Origin: Balanoglossus misakiensis
Taxonomy: Eukaryota > Animalia > Hemichordata
Length of the DNA: 64,000 nt
Direction: 5' to 3'
NCBI GenBank assembly: GCA_040954595.2
Contig: CM082578.2
Coordinates: forward strand, 9,843,519 to 9,907,518
Shown: in pieces, positions 53,188-64,000 of the stretch
Position numbering within the stretch: the first letter of the stretch is position 1
Layout: every line of letters starts with the position of its first letter
Notes under the pieces: generated by a model
Databases searched by the model: none
What the model was told of the DNA's origin: nothing
What the model saw: the letters and a program-made list of their open reading frames with translations, nothing else
Program-made: the position numbers and the translations under genes

Positions 53188-55176
53188 ATGTCGTACTGCA
53201 GGGAAGAAGGTAATTCTACCGATCCGATTACCCAGATTATTTTCTTATGCTGCGTGTGATTTTTTTTATTATGGAGAGTGTGTCCCAGAGCAGAGATTGT
53301 GTAAACCTCGAATGCATTGCATAAGATTGTAATATTGAAGACAGTACATTGAACTTACGATATTGGAAAAGCTGCGAGTACTATTAATGACAAAGGCTCA
53401 GTGTTATAAAAAACTCGCACCAGAATGTTATATTCATATTGATTGATTTTGTCCATCGACAGGAATGTCATTCCAAATAATATGTGGTAGATTAGATTCT
53501 AAAAACAGCGCCCCCTGTGGCGTTAAATGTGTCACTTGTCTCTCCCACACATTTGAAACTGCAGCCGGTAGATTGACCCCCCAAAATGTATTGCAACTCA
53601 ACTGTCACAACTACTACAGTCATAGTTAATGTGTTGTGCACGGATGTAGTTAAGAATAAGAGCCATGATGCTATAGACACCAGTTGGGGTTACTTTTCCC
53701 CACAGTTACTAAAAACTAAAAGAACTCTACTATTTTCCTCCACCTTTTGAATTTTTGTTTCATAGCAACCGAGCTACACCTGTAGTGTTATTGAATTGTA
53801 TCGCCACAATTCAAGAAGTCTCAACAATTCTTTTTTTTTCAATTCAAAAGGAAGCAAATATAATATGTACATAATGTAGTAGCTGCAGTACGTACCATAT
53901 GGTATTGCACTGAATTTTGGAAGTGCCTTGTTAGCTTTCATCACAAATGTGTGTAATTTTTGTGTGAACAGGTAAAGACAAGATCATCTTTGTTACAAAA
54001 GAAGATCATGACATGCCAAGTACTGCCGACATTGATTTTGAAGACGATGATGAAGAACCAGGTAGGATTAGAACATACATTTTCTGCTCTATATGCATTG
54101 CACAAATGTTGTGTTGAAAAAAAGGTATCATTTACAAACCATGGATAATTGGTTTGAAGAAGTGGCTATTGATACACGCCTGTTATGCAGTGACATCACA
54201 AAATTGGGATTTCAAGACTACAGCCATTGGAAATTTAGGAGTAAATCAAGTCGCCTCAATTTACAGTCATTGAAACTGCATCGCTTGGAAGTTCATTGAA
54301 TCCACTGTACATGGGGGAGAAAGAGTATTGACTTTGTCGTATCATACATGTACATTATGTATGTTACAAGCATTTACATCTGTATTACAAATTAAAATCT
54401 TTCACAAGAAGATTTTCACTTACCCATTTGAGAGTTTGATCTGGAACATAACCAGGAGATTGGCTGAGATTGAATTGAATGGTGTCACTTCTGGTATTCT
54501 CACTGCCTTCTGCTGAAGGAAGGGAGAGGCACTTGCCGTGTACTATTTTCAAATCCGATATTGGCTAGTTGACCAAGTGTCAATGGTAAGTTGAGAAGCC
54601 AGCTGCCACGGAATTGTATATGCAAGCTGTGTCTGAAAATGATACGGTCGGACTGGTCAGACCCGAGTTCAAAATGGAAATGTACGGAAAGCAGGCGATG
54701 GAGAGAAAAAAATTGGTCCAGAATTGCCAATCTGACCGAGTCTACACAATAGCTAAGAAAATATGACGTTAGCACAGGGTAGATGTATTCCACTTGCGAT
54801 CCTCATGTGTGTAATACGAATGTTTTTACTCGCAGGGTTGATTCTGCCAAACGGAGACATCAACTGGAACTGTCCTTGCCTCGGCGGAATGGCAACGGGT
54901 CCCTGCGGGGAGGAATTCAAAGAGGCGTTCTCGTGTTTCCACTACAGCGCGGCGGAGATCAAAGGCTCGGACTGCATCGACGAGTTCCGCACAATGCAGG
55001 AATGCATGAGGCAGTACCCGGAACTGTACCCGGAGAAGGACGATGAGGAAGAGAAGCGGGGCGCCGGGGAGGAGGGTGCCGTTCCGGGGGAAAGCGCTCC
55101 GAATCCGCCCGTCGCCGCAGCAGACGCACAGGAAAGTGGATACGAGACCAAGGAATCTCAGGAGAACAACAGCTAG
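53188..55176 (+). CDS. CHCHD4: Mitochondrial intermembrane space import oxidoreductase MIA40
   Basis: Exons 53188-53209 (MSYCREEG), 53972-54061 ([12 protein letters not shown]...) and 54836-55176 ([38 protein letters not shown]...[14 protein letters not shown]); CPC and twin CX9C motifs, acidic tail. Confidence 0.97.
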
Positions 55177-57339
55177 CATTAGGTCTCGTGAGATTTACGT
55201 GTACAAACTGAAACTCAGTGTCCCACGGTGCCATTTCGGTATTCTATCCACTTTAGAACCAAGTGTGGTGTATTTTTTTACGTTCATTTGTACGTTTATG
55301 TTACTTCATTGACAGAGAGGAAGTTTGTAATATAGTCTGGTCCCTGCACATAACTCGAGACTTTCCGTATGACAGTATCACATTTTCTTTAGAGTGTGTG
55401 TGCTTCATGCAGACTGTGGTGTGGAAATCTAATGTTACAACTTGGCCAGTTACATGTATACGTTCAGGGCATCCATTATCGTGCTATTTTCAGATTCTGA
55501 ATAAATGAGCTTGAACTGTCTGTGAGTAATTACCGTGAGAACTGTTTGTGAATAGAACGATTGACCTGTGTGTGATTTTAATGTTTAATGAAACAGAAGT
55601 TTGTTGATTCAGAAGCAGTTGATTGTGTATGTAGGCAACTTGGCAATAAATGAATGTCAAACCAAGTGAGAGACTGCTGGTGATTTCATTCTTTGGGGTT
55701 GCAAAAAATGTTCTCAAATATTCCTGACCACATTGAGTGATGGGTGTTGTTTTGAGCTTGACCTATACCTGACATGTTCATTGTACTGAGTTGCCCCAAA
55801 TGTAAACTTGTCAAGACTAATGACCATGGAAAAATGTTGATGACCACTTCAGGAACGTCACACCTTATGAAAGCACATTAGTCTCCATCACGGGGGAACA
55901 CACTGGCCACTGTTACAGTTTTCCCGTGCACAGAGTGACCTTGCATATTATGCCACTCCCAAAATTAACCCCATCAGCCAATAATTTGTGTTATCATCAA
56001 AATGTTCTAAACCATGTTTTTCCACTTAGAAAAACTATCTGTGACTACCACATAAAATTTACATCGTTCGCTCGCTCGGGTCGTTGGCTCGACCACCGTC
56101 TCCCTGTTTTTTTTTGGAGAGCAAGACCTTTGGGGCAAAGATAAATACTGAGAACATAAAATGGGGTTCATCGGGAATGGAGTGGCTCTGGTTAACCATA
56201 TTACGTTGGGCGATCTATATATTATCTTTTATCAATAGTATAGTGTTCTTTTACAGTTATTTACAACACCTTGTTTAGGGATTTTTTTCCTAAAAGTGAC
56301 CCGTCCGGGCTGCACGTACCCGTATCTTTCTATGGGAACACCCCGGGGTAAATATATGGACGTAATAAGATGGATTGTTTGAAACAGATACAGCCATACT
56401 CATTTCATTTTTGTAGAATCCTGCGTTACATGGAAACAACGATTTACTTTAAACTTGTGACGGATCTGTAAGAAATGTCCGAATGATGTGTGACGTTCGC
56501 AAATAGTTTTGAAAATTTCATAGAAAAAAAGAGTTTGCATTGTTGATTCCAGAAGTTTATGACAGTGACCACTTATTTTAAATTTCTCGCTGCGATGAGA
56601 TATAAGTTTAATTCATTAATTTACATGTACATGTACTTACTTGAGAGAAGTATCGCAAAAAAAGAATGTTGACGTACATACCCGCACGTCACAAACACGT
56701 CATTGTATTATCTCTTAGATGGTTTTGATATTTATGCGTGCCGAACCAGTTTGTAAATTGTCTCTTGAAGCCCGGGTAAGTGGACTTTGAATTTGTTTAT
56801 TCAGATTGAAACAGTCAATATCATCCACGAGTGACCCCTTCTCAAGGACATTTATCGGTCATCTCTCTCTCTCTGTCTCTGTCTCTCTCTCTACATCAAG
56901 CACACGCACGCATGCTCACAACGTACGCCACGGGAACACATATGTTAACACAAGACCCCAAAGATATAAATTTTCAAATAGCAACGAACGCAATTTGTGG
57001 GTATCCAAACAATTTTAACCGTAGTATAATAATACATGTATTTCAAAATATATCAGTAGTCATTTAAGGCTCATTACTAACACCTAGGCCTACTACAATA
57101 CCTTGGTTTTCATGAAAGGCCATGCAAACAAGTGTATTTTAGGTACATTGCATTTTATGTCCATAAAAACCTAAAAGAATATCTTTCATGTCGGGATATG
57201 TAGAACGAGTGACATTTTGATGCGCCTACATAGTCTTTTTTCCCCTGGGTTCAGTAAAAGGCCTTGACACCGTACTTACCTAGTTACCCCCATTTTCTAG
57301 AAAACTTGATCAAGAGGAACCAAGTTGAAATAAATAAAT

Positions 57340-57425
57340 TCAATGCTGTCTCTTATCAACTCATCCGGAATCAAACGCTGACACCTGTTTGCCAAGTTGT
57401 GTCTCCCCAAGTATATATAAGGACA
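57340..57425 (+). promoter_or_regulatory. Core promoter of BRICHOS gene 1 (GATA site tcttatca, TATA box tatatataag)
   Basis: Same arrangement conserved upstream of copy 2 (60640-60710). Confidence 0.65.
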
Positions 57426-57530
57426 ACAGTTCAGTCATCTATCCTCATTATTAGGACCAGCGTCGTAGCTTCACAGTCATAAGAGCAGTACAGGACGAAA
57501 GTTTCAGACAAGACACTGGAAGATTCTGTT

Positions 57531-59509
<1,979 letters not shown>

Positions 59510-60639
59510 TGTTGGTGGATATTTATAGTTTACATGACAGCATGTTACCACCCGCGACTCTGATTGGACGAGAAGTCAATACAGCGATGCTAAATACTCA
59601 ATATAGTGCTGCTAGCTTTCTCTGACGCTGTTTGGGTAAGAAAATGACACTGATATGCCACAAAATCATATTTGATAGAATGTCGTAGCAATAACCCCAC
59701 CGCAGTCTGGTATTAACGAGATTTGGGTAGAATTCGCTCCATATAGCGAATTTTCACGAATCTCCTTTAAAAAATTAACATGCTATTGTTATATACATGT
59801 ATGTTACTTGATGACAAGTAACGATAAATAAAAGTTGACGATATTGAGCTTATTATTATTTTTAGACATTATCGACATAATGTAATTCACTTCTTTAAAT
59901 ATATCTGCAGTTATTTCCTTGGTTTTGTCAAGTTATCGTTAATTGAAACACCTCATTAAGATAGGGGACTACTCAAAACAATCCTTTTTACATTTGATTA
60001 ATTTTTCATATGTTGTAAGTAAATAAAAAAAAGGTTTCCCATACTATGTTTTCAGTTAGTAGGTTTTAATTATTATGTTAAAGAGGGAAGTGGGGGTAAA
60101 AGGGTTGATAAAATATTAAGTATTGGGGTTTAATACCTCAATTATAGAAAGTACTTATTTTGACTGTTTTTGTGAGGAATGTTCGCAAACATTTTTGATC
60201 GAATAAAAAACCCCAACAAATTTAGCATTGTCGCATTCTTAAGTTTACGCAGTGGCTACTGAACCAAAAAAGTCGACATTTTACAATAGTTCATTCACAG
60301 ATGAGATGTAATGTGCCTTGTTTATCAGCTTACTTGAAAAGGCGGTCATCAAAAAAATGTTGACGTAAACACCCGCACGTACGTCAGCAGTGTGTCATTG
60401 TATTATCTCTGCAATGGTTTTGACATTAGGTCTCTTAATGTCCTGGTTAGTGGACTTTGAATTTGTTTATTTGTTTTGTGGGGATATTTTTTAAAGGATT
60501 CAAGTTGTGACTATTAGATTGGCCTACATGCCCCTTTTTCGGGTCGTTGCCATAGCACTTGACGCCTTACCTAGTTACCCAATTTCCAAAAATAAACGCG
60601 ATCAGGGGAACCAGGTTCAAGTAAACAAACCAATTGTTG

Positions 60640-60710
60640 TCTCTTATCAACACCCCATGATAAACGCAGGCACTTGTTTACAAACTTGTGTCTCACCAAG
60701 TATATAAGGA
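60640..60710 (+). promoter_or_regulatory. Core promoter of BRICHOS gene 2 (GATA site, Fox-like tgtttac, TATA box tatataag)
   Basis: Paralogous to 57340-57425. Confidence 0.65.
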
Positions 60711-60817
60711 CGACAGATCAGTCACCGGTCCCAGCGTCGTTGTTAAACATCCCTGACCAAAAGAGCAGAACGGGACGAAAAGAAATTTTTCCAGGCAAGA
60801 CAACTGAAGATTCCGTT

Positions 60818-62386
60818 ATGGATGACAGGACAAAGTCGTACAGCATTAACCAAAGCAGTGATCAATTGACCTCAGTACGTATGCAGAATATTAAACACAT
60901 TTACATTATTTCTGTGTATTAAAACATTTTTCCACCCTGGAGGTAGTTGATAATTATTCATATTGTTCAATATGCAGGAGAAAGTGGATGCATTGAAGAA
61001 GCAGAACCGAACATTGAAAATCGTCGTATTTGTCTGTGCGATCACCATTGTTACGTTGGCTGTCGCTGTCTGCATTCTAGCGATTAGTCCGTGGTATGAT
61101 GGAAACTCTGAGAAGGTAAACCGTATAACTAATCTCTTGTCACACTCTTGGTAGAGCTAAGTGAACTCTCAGTGTTCTTACAATGATGTCTGGCAAATAT
61201 GGTTTGAATTTACAATTGTGTTTTCCCCAGGTATATGACGTAGAAGTTGTAGACGATTCTGGAAACATCCACCACAGTTCCATAAAAGTCAACATAGAGT
61301 TAGGCGAAGAGGTCTTTGACTACTACAACAACGTTGACGGCGCTGTATCTGGTCATGCACAGAACGATGTTGAAGAAGATGACAGTTTCTACTGGGTCAG
61401 GGATGTTAATAAGGTAAACTACTTTCTGCGCAAATCTCGTTTGTCACATTGTTTATGACGAGACTATCCACAAATGCCGAGTTTTGCCTGAAATCGATAC
61501 GTTTGCAACAAAGCAATGAAAAACAAAACAATTAACCGTTTACATCTAAACGTAAAACCTGCTTTATTGCTCATAATGGTATCTGTTGTCAACAATTCTT
61601 TTTTTGAACAGAAACTGGATGCATCAGTAAGTGACGTGGAAGGATTGTGCTTCCTGTCTGAGTATGACGCCAACGAGGAAGTCAGTCCCGTCGAACTTGA
61701 TGAGTATTTGTCATCGTACTCGGTAAGTCTGCATTGGCCTACATAATTATTTCTCTACACCGAGTTTAAAATAGAACATTTTATGTTTTTTGTAGTTTTT
61801 CTTATCATGCGCTATGTTCTTTCGTCGTGTTAAAATCTTTGCAAGGTATGTTGGATATCGACTCGATAATTCTTATGTCAATCATTTTGCTAGGGCGAGC
61901 AACCTTTCAAGGATGAGCTCACTGTCTACGACATGGGCTTATACGACACCCCCATTGATGACGTATCTGCTGCGAGTTCTGTCATTGGCTCGTACTGCTC
62001 CGACAAAACATCTTATTGGACAGTAACTGTGAATACGACAAAAACATGTGAAGGCAGTCCCTGTGAGGAAGATGATGGCTACACGGATCCTTCTGAAATA
62101 TTGTTTCAGGGTATGTCAATTTGTCAATACAATTACAGACAAACAGTGTTCTCTATGTCCAATTCTTAAGATATATTCGATTGTCCCGGTGTGAAAAATG
62201 GATTGTAATTTACTTGTCATACGTTTTTGTACAGGTGCCTATGGGAACAGTATCTCAGCAGTATTGTCAAAACTCTGCCGCGTGTGTGAACCAGTAACAT
62301 CAAGAGTGTGTAGGCTGGTACCACGATTAGGGAAAGTTGTGTGTAAACTGACGACAAAACTGGTGTGCAAGTATGTTATTTGCTAA
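60818..62386 (+). CDS. BRICHOS-domain type II membrane precursor with cationic six-Cys C-terminal peptide, copy 2
   Basis: Exons 60818-60874, 60978-61115, 61231-61413, 61612-61722, 61894-62110 and 62235-62386, with the same phases as copy 1; tail SKLCRVCEPVTSRVCRLVPRLGKVVCKLTTKLVCKYVIC. Confidence 0.82.
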
Positions 62387-64000
62387 GACAGGGGACACAA
62401 ATCCAATTTTAATCGGCGGATATTTATAATTACACCATTGTGAACCTGTTTGGATTGCAAATCTCTCGACTAGCTCAATTTCAAAACCACTGCTCTTGAC
62501 TTTTTGTATTTGATACCAGTTTGTAAATAGCCTTATTTTTAATCCCTCACGCAATGATGAGTTTTGATAAATTGTACTTTGATTTGAATTGTAACTTAAG
62601 CACATCAAAGCATCACTCTACACCCGGACTGCAGGCTTTCGTCAAATGTTATTAAAAATATTGCTACTAGAAGTATACTTGACGTTCCAAATACCGTGTT
62701 CTAGAAGTTGATATGGGTCATGAATTTATGTACTTCTTACAGGTACACTCTGAGTATGATGTTTACATACTCAATCTCTATATTGTTTCTACTTTTATAT
62801 GTAGGGCGAATTTCTCACGTACGGTCACTATTTTCAGTGATGACCTAATATTAGCGTAAATACGGTATCACTGTATCATCTATGCAATCATGATTTGTGA
62901 CGTATTAAAGTGTGCTAGATTACTGTGTTATTTGTTTCCTGGTATGGTATACCTAGATAAGTCGACTTTGCACTTGTTATTTATACTGAAGCATGCAAGT
63001 AGTCGTCATTGTAACCTTTTCTGCGGGTCATTCACCGGTCATCACGACCCTGTTACCCAGTAGCACGCCCTGGTAGATAAGTACTAATGTTTATGGTATT
63101 TTAATACTGTACATTGATGACAATGAAAAAAACGTTGGAATGTCACATTTTATCCAATTTCTCGTGGAGAGGAAACGTTTAGGGCCGAGTGATGATAATC
63201 TAGTAGTTATAGATTGGGTCGAGTTACCGGAAACTAAACACTTCCTTAGACTTTTTATCCCACCAAACTCCGCTTGAATGTGTGCTTGAACTTGAAAATT
63301 GAACACGAAAACTAACAGGTAGATCAACCGACAAACCGCCCACAACAGGAATGTGTGCAAATAGCACACGTAGTAAATTCATATTCAGAAATTTATTCTG
63401 ACAAGTTAAGCGACAGGTTGACGTTATCACTACCTGATCAGCAGAATTAAATTAAATGATGCACACAGTACGGTGTTTATGGCCGAACATACTTCTGTTA
63501 CTCTGCGCTTGCGACGGGTTAAGCAAAAATGGTATTTTGTGCAATTTTATACCAACGTAATTCCAAAGCCGCATGGATTCTTACAGTTTCTGTTTAAATG
63601 GCCTACATAACCCAAAACAAAGTCCCGTTATGTGGGGAGTGGGGTATCCCCCGAGTAAACTGTGATTTTACTTGGCATATGCCATTTCTTGGGTCATCGC
63701 CAAACAGGTCGACGCACTATCCACGTATTTCCTCAAAGCATAATTTAAGAAACATAAATATTTTCGTTGTCCGTAATCTGAAGTATAAATGAATCAGATA
63801 GTGGTGTCATCTCTGTCAACCAATCATGCAATGGCCTCGACGTTGTAAATACATCGGGTTGTGTCTCACCGAGCCTATAAGTACCGCAGTTCAATTAGCG
63901 ACCATCTTCATTGGGACAAGCGTTGTTTGCTGCAGCGGCCAGAAGATTTGCACCTGAGCAACAATATTCCAACCAAGACAACCGATCGAACGCTTCGTTA

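Noticed and set aside
54826-55234. Minus-strand ORFs over CHCHD4 exon 3
   Set aside because: Antisense shadows of a GC-rich coding exon.

Overview
Intron-rich animal genomic DNA, probably from an invertebrate (the species cannot be determined from sequence alone). Left to right: (1) a multi-exon minus-strand gene of unknown product (about 12.3 kb down past base 1). (2) A ~25.9-kb asymmetric palindrome at 13269-39146. Its two ~4.4-4.7-kb inverted arms each carry a 132-bp minisatellite and what looks like an inward-pointing spliced non-coding gene. They enclose ~16.8 kb of an 88-bp satellite that switches orientation at ~33360. (3) CDK20/CCRK, starting just outside the right arm. (4) An SLC35A2-type UDP-galactose transporter head-to-head with CHCHD4/MIA40. 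(5) Two tandem six-exon genes encoding type II membrane BRICHOS-domain precursors that end in highly cationic six-cysteine peptides, candidate new three-disulfide beta-hairpin antimicrobial peptides. Exon models were built by eye from splice signals and frame continuity; no database searches or alignments were run.
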